Assembly (NCBI GenBank): GCA_010093605.1
Contig: MU004181.1
Coordinates: forward strand, 1,550,001-1,614,000
DNA: 64,000 bases
DNA from: Lophium mytilinum
Lineage: Eukaryota
Reading direction: 5' to 3'
Position numbers and translations under genes: made by a program. Under the pieces are notes generated by a model. It worked only from the letters and a program-made list of their open reading frames with translations, did not search any database and was not told the DNA's origin. Numbering within the stretch: position 1 is the stretch's first letter; every line of letters begins with the position of its first letter. This document shows positions 14,760-25,782 of the stretch, piece after piece.

Positions 14760-16092
14760 ATGGCGTTCGTCCTACCGCGCACCTTCACCATCTCAGCGAC
14801 CCTGAAGCAGGCCCCAACAGCTTCTCGGTCTGCTTTCCGCGCCTTCCACAGCTCGCCACCAAAACCCTCAAACTTCTTCACATCTAGAACCTCAACCTTC
14901 TCCACTTCGAAACCTATTGCGCCCGCGCTCGCTAAATCACAAAATGTCTTCCGCGCTACCTTCAGGAGGACGTACATGCAGCAGGCCCCTCCTGTTGCGC
15001 AAACCGGGGACCTACGACAGCGTCTTCTATACGGTGCTGGCATCTTTGGCGGAACACTCCTCGCTATAAATCTGGTTTTCAATCGTGATTCCCGAGAGGA
15101 CGGTGGCATGCCCCCATTCGAGCGCAGCTATTTGAATGATACCTTCTTGCACACCGGCTTGGGAATCGGTATAATTGGCGTGGCCGCGCGAACGCTGCAC
15201 ATGAACGGGTGGAGCTACCGGCTCATGGCAATGAACCCGTGGGTGGTTTTGGGTGTTGGGCTCGTTGGTAGCATTGGCACGATGTATGGGACAATGGCTA
15301 CAAGTCCTACAAAGTGAGTATCTCCCCATCTACAAAAGCACGAAGGGCATGAAGTGGCACTCTAATCCCTAGCACGAGCCGCCGTGAGTGTGTGTGCACT
15401 TGTATGCCACTGCTTGGAGTACTTCAATACGGTTCCAAAAGCTTGAACGACATAGAATTGGGCTATGTGGAACCTCGATGAAGGACCCCAGGCAGTGGCA
15501 GACAGTCGTACACACGACTGCACGATAGAGAGTGCATGCTCAGTGTGCCACTATTTGCACGCTCAGCGTTATATACTACGGAACAAATGTATGCTAACAA
15601 CCACACAGCTACGTCCAAAAATACACCCTCTGGACCGGCTTCAACATCACCCAAGCCCTCCTCCTCTCGCCCCTCATGTTCTACAACCCCGCCATCCTCG
15701 CCCGCGCCGGTCTTTACACCGTCGGCATGATGGGCAGCATCGCCTTCGTCGGCGCCACGGCTAAGCAGGAAAAGTACCTCTACCTCGGCGGACCGCTCCT
15801 CGCCGGCGTAGCCATCGTCGCCCTCTCTGGCCTCGCGCCCATGGTCATCCCTGCCACCGCTGCCCGCACGCTTATGTGGACTGAAAATATATGGCTGTAC
15901 GGCGGTCTCGCTGTATTCGGAGGCTTCACGCTGTACGATGTGCAGAAGGTGTTGCACCATGCGCGGCTCGCGGAACGGGGTGTGATTGCTAAGGACCCAG
16001 TCAACGAGTCTGTCAGCCTTGAGCTGGACTTTATCAACATCTTCATCCGGATGGTCCAGATTCTAGCTATGCAGGGGAACAGGAGGAAGTAG
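14760..16092 (+). CDS. GHITM: Bax inhibitor-1 family protein, GHITM/MICS1-like, with mitochondrial presequence
   Basis: Arg/Ser/Thr-rich N-terminus without acidic residues; YLYLGGPL, LYDVQK, DPVNES...LDFINIFIR. Intron 15314-15608 (295 nt). Confidence 0.88.
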
Positions 16093-17655
16093 GCATTCGT
16101 GCCAAAATAGTGTCGTAGGGTGAAGGGTATGCAGAAGTGAAGCAAGCACTTATATCAGGAGGATAGTCTTTTTGGAGACGGCGTATGGAGCTGCAAATGT
16201 AACACCAACAATTGCCCTCGTTTGAGGAAACCCAACCTCTTTTCTTTACGTGCTCTCCGCTCTTAGTAGCATTTGAAATAATTCACAAAAAGAACACTCC
16301 AAAGCCCAACTTGCGCGTAAGATATGCAGTATACTCGCTTAATTCGATACGGCGTAGGAGTATCGTTCTTGAAGCCCCCACCTTCCAACTTCTATCAGTG
16401 AAGGCTCGACCTTCTGCTACATGAACATTCACCTTCGTCTCCTTGTATAATAGATCACGTACACCTTCCTCGCACCGCGTCAGGGCCTTCGAGCTATTTC
16501 TCACGATTGAAGAGGGCGGAAATGCATCTTTGTTGACAGTGCATGGGCTCTATAGCAATAGATCTCTGCGCAAGACCTTCGACGCTCAAAAGCGGCTATC
16601 GCCATGATTGGTGTGTCAATATATCACTGTGTAACATACAGTGGAAATACTCAAACTAGTCTTTAGCCACTAATCTATATCTGCTACGATAGGCAAGTTC
16701 CAATCCTACTCACGTGACACCACTGACACGAATAGCCCAGCTACTTAGTAGACAGTAATTTGAGCAGCAATCTCATATGCACTGCTTGGAACCTAACTTC
16801 CCGCCTAAACGTTTAAAAGACTACGAAGAAATATAGAGATTCCGACCACTGAGGAGGGGTTTTAGGTAAAATAGATTTGGTGCTCCATTATAAAAGGATC
16901 ACATCACTGACTCAATGGGACTGGGTGGAAATTGTGGCCACGTTATATCAACGAGAGTACGCTTAGGTGCCGCGTCGGAGGTTCGAGCGCGCAGAGTTCT
17001 CCTTTTTTGACACTTTGTTCTTTTTGGTCACGGTGATATTTCCCTATTCACCCACTAACTTCGGAATGTGTAGGACGCTGACCCTGCAGGGGTTATATTG
17101 TCATACCTCGGTGCTGTTAGTGTACTATTATTGCTTTATCCTTAGTGTCAATCAGCCTGATGGATGCCTGTCGACGCATGGTTAAAATTCCCATAGAGCC
17201 GCCGAAGCTAGTATGTCTTCAACATAGAGATGATTTCTTTGAGCGCCTCGGGGGTACTGCAAGCAGTAGTGAAAGGAGGTTCATACACTTCTAGCTCGTC
17301 ATTATACCATTACCACCAGACATATCACAACAAACAAAGATCAGAAGCCTGAGGGAAAGCAGTTACGCACTGCATGTATTTTACCTACGTCGTCGCAAGT
17401 CGTGGGTACTCATCATCCGCCAAACGCCTAAATAATCGCCGGGTTACAAGAACCTAGCTAGTTGTTTAAATATAACGCCACGCCCTTGGGTATCCATATC
17501 CATCGATTGATGCAAGCCGCTAGGAAATCAGTCGCAAAGCACGCGCGCTTGAAAAATCACTCGCCGGTGGCTTCCAAGACCATTTATTTCGTTCCGTTCG
17601 CTGTACGCCTCGAATTGCCGTAAAGAAACGCTGTGTTCTTCGTCTACCTGCCCCC

Positions 17656-20565
17656 TCACATGACTACGCACTTGAGAAGTTTCCGTCCTGGACTGGCGTC
17701 TTCTGTAGAAGGGTGAACGTGTTGCAGCCGGCTCTGGGCATGGCTCTGGACACGGCTCTGCAAGCGACTCTGGGCCCGCGGAGGCGCCGTCATAGGCTCG
17801 TTTTGTGAGTGAACTCCTGCATGTGGTACAGTAATTAGAGATGGCAGCATGGGCCGCCTCGTGTGCTGGCCTCCACTCGCGGCACTCAGACCATTGTTAT
17901 GGACACTTAAAGGCTCCGCAGATGCAACGCGTCTGGTCCCCCGTCGACTTAACCTCCGATCTAGCGACGCAAGTTGTTGCTGGGAGGGATGATGTCGCGC
18001 TGGCCTAGCATGTTCGCTAAGCATAGGGTTTGCGTCATTTCTCATGTTTGCTAGCGTTGGTAAATGGGAAGTCAAATGTGACGGACGTCGAGTTGGAGTA
18101 GCGGCTGATCGAGGGAAATACTCCTGCCCTGGGTTCGCAGATTGTGGAGAGGAAGGACTAGCGCGCGACCGGCTTCCTAGCGCAACTCGCGAGACAGGAG
18201 GGGATCGAGGTCCTGGATATGTGCTTGGGTGCACTAACGATGGCCGACGCTCTGGAACATTCAAAGAAGGAGTCTCCGTGGACGAGGCCATTAACACCGC
18301 ACTGGGTCCTATAGGGATAGCTCGAGAGGAGCTAGTCGGGGCCGGTCGTCCGGTTAGGGGAAGCACTGGTGGAGGAATCAATGGCTCGGTTGACATGGAG
18401 TCTGTAGGTGTTTGAGCCGGTTGAATGATTGAGGGCAAAGGTGGAACATTAGTTGGCATGGGAGGAGGTAGACGAAGAAGGGAGCCTATATTGGATCGAG
18501 GATCCACCGGATGTGTGAGACTGATACTAGCAGCTTCAGGTCCAGGAGGGTCCGCATTAGGAGTATATGGTGGAGGTGGCGGTACCCAGTTATCGGCATC
18601 GGACTCATGAGGCATCTCCCGCGTACCATCTGCCCTCCTATAATCCAGCGGCCGGAAAGGAAGGGCGCGAAGGTGCCTCCTATTGGCAGGAGAGACGGCT
18701 GCCACGGTTGCTGCCCGCTGAAGAGACATCTGAGATCGCGGCTGGGAGTGATCGTATGGGACCTCGAACGCGGCTTGGGCCTCGTCCCCGTCGAGCTCAT
18801 CGTCTTCGGCTTCATCTCTGGTAATGGTTGGCAGCGGAGGCATCCGCTCAGAGGCTGCTGCTTCTCGGCTGGCTGTTGTCTGGGATCTGCCGAGAGCCCT
18901 AGAGTTTCGAGCACTACGCGTAGCCGCCCGATCAACCGTTCGGCGTTGCGCGACTGTTCGGGTCCGGACGAGCTCGACCTCACGCTCGAATTCGATAGTC
19001 TCTTCGGGAAGCTTTTCTCCTGGTAGGAGAGTATCAAGATCGTATGTCGTCCTGATCGGGACAGGGTTATCTGTGATGCCCGTTTTGGACCGGTCGAAGT
19101 CCATGACCACTACGACGCCACTTGAGCTATGGGACAGGGGCCGCAGCTCTTCATCTCCGCCAAAAGTAATACCACGTGACACATTTCCTATTGCAATTAG
19201 CCGTTCAACATTGGGATTGTCCGGGATGGTTGTCCAACGCAAGGCAGCTATTTCTTGATGCATGGAGGCATCTCCCTGAAGCACAGGTATGCAAGCACAC
19301 GGTTCGAGTGGTGATTGTTCACTCCCATGCTCCGCGTTGAGCTTGTATGATGGGTCTTCTCCAATTGCGGACTCGGGAATGCGATAGAACCAAATGCTCG
19401 TTGTGTTCTGCTTCCTTAGAGCTATGGCGACATGATCCGCCTTCGGAGAAACTGCCGGCAGAGCATCATCCAGAAATTCAGCACGTGTCCACCGCTGCTC
19501 TTCCGGGAGGAAATCTTTTTGTTCTGTGAATGTCAAATCTGCCAAGTCGAAAATGCCCCAGGAGCCCTCTGTTGCATCAAAGGCAAACATTTCGTTGATC
19601 TGGCCGGTGGACGTATCGGGGAGGAGACTCGCCTGGCGAGCAACTTTGATCTTTTCAGGGAACAGTATCTGTGTGGTCCATGCCTTGTCTACCTCTTGTT
19701 GAATTGGCAATCCTTCTTCGGTGAATGGCCCATCGAAAGCGCCGTGCACGGTGAAGATGGTGGACGTGCCTGACTGCCGGGCAAATGTGGTTGCCAGAAG
19801 GGTCCTTCCGTCGTCCGAGAATTGCAAGGTATCCATCCGCGGGGATGAAACATATCTTTTGTTCGCCTCCGTTGCGTTCGGTGCCAAAGACATGACCTCA
19901 ATTCCGAATTCATTTCCAGTGGCCAGTACGAAGCCTTCAGGGGTCAGAGCTATAGACTTAGAGTCGTACTCCAGCAGGATGGTCCTCTCTTTCACAATCG
20001 GCTGATCTCCTTCGCTAGGGAGTCGGTACACGTCTACTTTGCTAGGAGTAGAGAGCACAGCGAGCAATGTTCCATCGTCCAATATATCCAGGGCCACCGG
20101 CTTCCTCCGTACCTCGAGTATGCGTGTGAACAGTCGCGGCAGCTGGGTAGCATTAATTAGCCAAATGTTGGTGGCTCCGTATATGGCGATGAGCGATCCT
20201 TTACGAGAGACAGAGAAGCCAAACGACTCGGGTAGGGCAGACGACGAGGCGGTGCTGGAGATGAGGTCCAAGATGGTGGTTTTGGGGCTGGAATGGCCCT
20301 GGCGCAGCTTTGCGGGTTGTTCGTCGTCGGTCATGGCCGATGTGCGTGCGGTCGAGTTCGCCGACAGCTCAGAGGAGGAGAGGGAGGTGTCGACGGTAGT
20401 GTCGAGGGGTACGTCGAGGTCGTCGGTCGAGAGCGCAACAGAGGACGAGGAGCCGTCGTGATGGACGACGCTGGGGACGTCTTCACTGCGCTCCTCATCT
20501 CTCCCAGCGTCTGGCACGGTGGGAATGCGGACATGCAGGGAGGCCAGGGAGGCTTTTCGGTCCAT
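17656..20565 (-). CDS. Fungal beta-propeller (WD40-like) protein with Pro/Ser-rich tail, PPxY motif and C-terminal CaaX
   Basis: 969-aa single ORF with blade-like repeats (ILDDGTLLAV, LTPEGFVLATG, FSDDGRTLLAT, VSPKADHVAI), PPPPPY, and terminal KCVVM*. Confidence 0.75.
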   Translation of the reverse strand: MDRKASLASLHVRIPTVPDAGRDEERSEDVPSVVHHDGSSSSVALSTDDLDVPLDTTVDTSLSSSELSANSTARTSAMTDDEQPAKLRQGHSSPKTTILDLISSTASSSALPESFGFSVSRKGSLIAIYGATNIWLINATQLPRLFTRILEVRRKPVALDILDDGTLLAVLSTPSKVDVYRLPSEGDQPIVKERTILLEYDSKSIALTPEGFVLATGNEFGIEVMSLAPNATEANKRYVSSPRMDTLQFSDDGRTLLATTFARQSGTSTIFTVHGAFDGPFTEEGLPIQQEVDKAWTTQILFPEKIKVARQASLLPDTSTGQINEMFAFDATEGSWGIFDLADLTFTEQKDFLPEEQRWTRAEFLDDALPAVSPKADHVAIALRKQNTTSIWFYRIPESAIGEDPSYKLNAEHGSEQSPLEPCACIPVLQGDASMHQEIAALRWTTIPDNPNVERLIAIGNVSRGITFGGDEELRPLSHSSSGVVVVMDFDRSKTGITDNPVPIRTTYDLDTLLPGEKLPEETIEFEREVELVRTRTVAQRRTVDRAATRSARNSRALGRSQTTASREAAASERMPPLPTITRDEAEDDELDGDEAQAAFEVPYDHSQPRSQMSLQRAATVAAVSPANRRHLRALPFRPLDYRRADGTREMPHESDADNWVPPPPPYTPNADPPGPEAASISLTHPVDPRSNIGSLLRLPPPMPTNVPPLPSIIQPAQTPTDSMSTEPLIPPPVLPLTGRPAPTSSSRAIPIGPSAVLMASSTETPSLNVPERRPSLVHPSTYPGPRSPPVSRVALGSRSRASPSSPQSANPGQEYFPRSAATPTRRPSHLTSHLPTLANMRNDANPMLSEHARPARHHPSQQQLASLDRRLSRRGTRRVASAEPLSVHNNGLSAASGGQHTRRPMLPSLITVPHAGVHSQNEPMTAPPRAQSRLQSRVQSHAQSRLQHVHPSTEDASPGRKLLKCVVM

Positions 20566-22915
20566 CTCACTGCGGCGTCAGTAGCATCAAGATCGACGCG
20601 GAGGGGCAGGCGGAGGTGTGAATGACGACGCCGGCCAGCATTGCTTCGGGCTGAGGTTTCGATCGAGATGCAGTACGACGAGAGGCTACACGATCATGGG
20701 CGATAGCGGGCGCGTCGTGCATGCTCTCCTGGTTATGGTAATGGTTGTCAGTCGTCGGCAAGGCCCAGCTTTAGCCTTTCTTCGAAAACAGGGGCCTGAC
20801 GAGTTCTGAGCTTGTTTAGGTTTTTATATATAGATTCGTCACGTGGGGCCAGCTAACTCCACAATACCTACATAGCAACACGCCCGTGGTATGGCCGGGT
20901 GTTTCGACGCGTCCCTCTTTACCTTGTTCCATCTCGCACTCGAGGGGCACAGCGACCCCTTTCTCTAAGGCACCTCTCAGCGTACTTCAGTCCCCAGCCC
21001 TCCCCACAATCTTCGGCCATGCATGGATGTTACCGCCGTCATCTTCGCGGTTAGGCAGGGTGCGGGGCTGTGAACGCTCCCGCTCTCGATCAAGTCACAT
21101 GTATCAGCCTATCCAGGCCTTTCAATCAGCGACCCAACCCTCAAGCGGCGAAGGGCCTATGACAGCGGCCGTGGGTCGAGGGTGTGCAGCTGCGGCTTAT
21201 GTTCTCTTCATCCAATCTAAATGTACGGCCTCATTAGCTTGGCCTCATCCATCATTCTACTCGATCCGCGCCGCATCTATGCCTGCATCACATGCCTACT
21301 GTCGAGGCGCAGTGCGGCCCTGATATAACGCTGCATCTCCGAGGGTGGGCATACGCGCCGCTCTATCGTATTAACAAAACACGCTGCTCCATTCTTGAAA
21401 TGGGAAGGTGGATTGATAAGAGAAGGCGATTGCGTGTGCCTATGATGTGGCAGTGTTTTGATCTTCCGGAGTAGGAACGCGAACATCCCCTACTCAGTTG
21501 TCGTACTTTCCAATCGGTGTAAATTCGAAAATGCTAAAGCAAACAGGATTACAGGTATAAGTTCATCTCATTACTAGTTTCCAAACCTGTGTATTCATAA
21601 CAGAGGTTGCCACCGTCATAGAGTTGATTTCCGTATTCAGACTCTTTACTAACTCACCCAGCATCTTCTACCTTTGCTTTACGCGGAGATACCTCTTCGC
21701 CCTTTTTTATTTGCAAAGTTTTACAGATCTAACAGCATAAAACAGTTTCTGTTAAACACGGTGTAGACGCAGTGCCCAAATGTGCGGCATTTTATTCCCT
21801 TCCCGGTTTTTTGCAAATAACAACGGTTGCAATCATCCTGTTTATTCGAGTCTTTGGGACCCAAATAATAGAACTTATGCATGTGTCGCCTCGCTTGTCC
21901 AAATGCGCCTTACGCCGAGGTAACCCTTTGGGTCATTTATGTGCAAATTTCAACGAATTCAACCGCATATATCTGTTATTCAACACAGCGTGAATGCGAT
22001 GTGCCGCCTCCTCTACGTGCTTTTCACGCCGCAGTGCCTTATAACCCATTATATGCATCGTCCTACATGTTTTATTCGACATATTATGGACTTGTTACGT
22101 CACGTCTGCTAGTCAACTTTCACGTTGAGTGTCAACTCTTTGCCCGGTTCATATACATGTTCCCACGGATCTAACCGCGTAGATGGTTTCCGTTAGACGC
22201 AGCGGGGACGCGGTGTACTGTCGCCTAGTTAATGTTTCTTACATAAACGAGAGCCTTCAAATCAGGGTCATAGAACTAGGTTAGAAAAGAGACGCTGAAG
22301 CACCTCTTCCAGAAACTACATCACTTAGTTGTGAAAAGTAACAGAATTGACCGCATCGAACAAGGTTTGTGATATGTGGCGTATACGTTGCGTGACACTT
22401 GTTGTAGTCGCTCTTTGTCCCAAAAGTCGCACGAATGGATATCACATGCATTTTATAATGGTTTTGACGTATCTGATATGACTTCGAAGCACCCCTGGGC
22501 CCACAATCACAAACAAAATTCTATAAGAGGAGACGGAGACTTAATCTCTAGGCTTAGAATTCAGCGATGATGCAACAGAGTCTAAATCACACGTGTTGCA
22601 AAAGGACAATGAAGGGCTCTACTCGTAGTTCCCTAGATCACACTCGGTGCTCCAGACTCCTCACACTTTTGCTCTCCAAGGTTTGCTGTAATGGAGCGTG
22701 AGCGACGCTGGGAAGGGTTTGATCGCCACTGCGTAGTGTTTGCAAGATCAAATGAAAGGTAGTAAAGCACACTTTATTTGCTAGGCTAGTAGGCATGAGA
22801 TATTTAAAGGGATTTATGATGAAGTAGCTATAAAGCTAGTCGTCATCTGGATGAGCTGAGTCTTACAATTTGCCCAATTTCTCACGAAAGAGGAAGATAT
22901 CATCCTGAACCAACC

Positions 22916-24712
22916 ATGGCCGCCCGTAGGTCAGCGGCTGGCCCGTCCAAAGCGGTAACCTTCGACACAAGGCTCAGAAGGCGTCGTGAGCGATACGACT
23001 GCTATTGCGCGCTCTGTGGCGGCCCTTTCTACTGGGAAGACTTAATTGTCGACAGCGACGGCTCTCCTGCCAAGCCAGGGGATTACTACTGGTTTGCGCT
23101 TCTAGACCGCATGCTCATCACGCTTCGGAATCCTAATGTCCTCGCTTGGCTCAAGGATTTGAGGCTGGTAACTCGTAGTGAAGATGCTCTTGGGGAGAAG
23201 AAGTAAGTGGGAACTTTCAGAGAGATTTTCCTTTGGGGAGAACTCTACCTGCTGAGAATCAGTAGGTGCTACCTGTCGGGTATCGGCCAGCTTGATGAAG
23301 GCAATAATGAGGACGTAATGTGCACAGTGCCAGCCAGGGATGATCCTAATGTGTCAGCCTCAAGTGGACAGCAGTCTCAGAACTGTCCTGCTCTACATAG
23401 CCGCATGTGAGTGTCGTTGTAATTTCGCCCATCGAGTCTTTAGTGATGTGCTGTTGTCAGGTATCACGATTCCGGAGACTTAAAGCATAAGATAGTCAAC
23501 CTTCAACTTGAGCACACTCACAGAACAGGAGAATCGAACCGGAATGTAAAGCCAATTCTGGGGGATATCGAGGTTCTCCGGTTTCCGTACCCTATTCACG
23601 ATCGATGTCTCCAGATACTGAATAGAGTGTTGTGCCATGGTCTCAGGCTGCCCAAGAGAAAGACCCTGGAATTCGATCTTGACCTGGACCTGGTTCATCA
23701 CATAATGATTCAACATACCGACATCATCGAGCACCCTGAACGATTCTGCCTTGGCTTCGACTTGCTCGAGCTTGAAAAGGTTTCTCGGCGTGCGTTCTTT
23801 GAGTGTCATGTCGGACTTGAGGTTTGTTAAACCCGCGCCTCCTAGTCGGACGCTGTTGTGTTCAAGGTATACTGATTTCGAACAGCCTTACCTATCAGAT
23901 CCTCTCCAAATCCCATCGATGAACTCGTTCTTGGCGAATCTACCCCTTCTTCCAGTTGGGGTAGCCGAGGAACCTATAGCTAAACCAGCGGCGCTGTCTA
24001 ACGAGGTAGCAACACCCAAGCCCCTAGGGGCTCTTCCCGTAGAGGTTCTATTGACGATCTTTTGTCTTGTTCCTGTCGAGTCAACGATCGCCTTCTGTCT
24101 AGCTTCGCGTACCTGTTGGGACATTTGCCAGACGAACAAACACTGGCTCCATCGACTTCTTTTCCAGATGCCTTGGGTTTGGGAGTTCAAAGACGCGAAT
24201 AAGCTTAGAGTAGAGCAGAACGAAGGCCACCTTCTGGATCGTGTCGACTGGCAGGGGGTTTATAGGATTATGCGCACCCATAGCTTCTTGCCTATTCCAT
24301 TCGATGACTCTCCCTGTTACCATACTGTGAAGGTTCCCCGCCACGCACGTTTGGACGATCGTGCTTTACCTTACAGTGATGGTTGGGACGACAGATGGTT
24401 ACGTACGACCTTCCAAGGGGACGATGAGGTTATGCAGAGAATAGCTCTAGAGCTTCGGGAAATCCGAGTGTGAGTGGCGCAAACCGACTTGTTTCCTGTT
24501 CGCTCTAGACTATTCTGACCTCACCCAGGAAACACACCGCTACAAAGCAGAGAAAGGGATTCGATAGGGGTTTGATCGGTCTTTCGAACAGACGAAGGAT
24601 CTGGCAGATTGCAGAAGAGTTTGTGGAGCCGTATCGTGCGCTGCAGATGCCGGAGGCCGTGAACGAGGACGAGGAGGAGAGGAGGATCGAGTTGGGCTTG
24701 AACAGGACCTAA
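22916..24712 (+). CDS. F-box domain protein of the fungal 'CxxCG...GLxNRRRIW' type, 5 exons
   Basis: YDCYCALCGGPF; FPYPIHDRC; F-box LGALPVEVLLTIFCLV; MPWVWE; DWQGVY; GLSNRRRIW. Four GT-AG introns give a continuous frame to TAA 24710-24712. Confidence 0.75.
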
Positions 24713-25782
24713 AGTGACAACTAAATGAGTGTTATCCTGGTGTGCCATCAGTACCATCTGCGCAAACTGCGTGTTGACCTTGCATACTTACCTTGGTAGA
24801 AGGCTCAGTATGAAGGGGCGCTGTTGACCTGCCTCTCCGCGTTTTGTTCAAACTGTGTCAGCCCACTGTCGAAGTCAGGAGTACCTACCTGGAGGAATCT
24901 GTCACTCGAGCAAATGACTGTCCAGAGATCTAAGCTGGGTCAGGGTACGTCGGTGTCGTCGTGCGCGTCTCTGGCGATGGTACTGGGACGGAACAGGATC
25001 CGCTCAGGCTTGCTTCTTGGCGTATGATGGGACGTGATGACAGAAGGAGTCTGCAGTAAGAGTGAGGCTGTACACTGGAAGCAGCCAAGTCACCAGCTAG
25101 ACGCCCTCAGGAGTACACCGAGCGTCCCCGAGCGTTTGTAATCCTGTGGCTCAGGGATCTCCCTCCAAGCCGGGTGCGTCACTGTCCGGAAAATAGGAGG
25201 CAAGCCAGATCGAGCGTATATTGCTTCTTGTGACCATCTGCTGATCTGTGTAGCCTTTTGCCGTGTTGAAGCGCCATTCGTGATTTAGAATAGGCGTCAC
25301 TTAAGCCGCAGACAGCTGGGGAGATTCGTCGTAGGTTCTGGCGATGGCGTGATGAGCCGCTTGCATGATGCCGGTCACAGGAGGCTGGGGACGATTATGG
25401 TTGTAGGTGGCGGTTCAGATAGGCGCTGTAGGCGGGTGCTGATGCTCTGGGCTGCACGGTGCTAATTTTACGGAACGGCGCCAACAGGAGGACACAGTGG
25501 TCTTTTCAAGTATTGTTGCAATGGCTTTTACATTCGAGTAGTCTCTCATTGAGGGTCGGCATGGTCAGTGTGTCTCGTATTGGACCCTATCTTGCCATCT
25601 ACAGCTGCTGCAACTGACAACCCAGCTGCTTTGTTGTAGGGTGTGGCAGGCACTCTAGGAGAAGGCCTGGCGCGGTCTTAACGAGAAGTCAGAAACAGGC
25701 AAAGCCCAAAAGCTGTTGCGTGCTATTGCCAATGGTGCCAGTCTGCATCAGAATGCCATCGAGAGACACAGAATAAAGTCGT

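Noticed and set aside
16200..17600. Possible pseudogene between GHITM and the propeller gene
   Set aside because: Only short ORFs with no recognisable motif or consistent splice pattern.
24784..24900. ATACTTACCT resembling the U1 snRNA 5' end
   Set aside because: No U1 loop II (CATTGCAC) or Sm site follows; better explained as a minus-strand splice donor.
25349..25442. GTGATGA...CTGA pair suggesting a C/D snoRNA
   Set aside because: The guide region has no rRNA complementarity I can recognise, and the terminal stem is weak.
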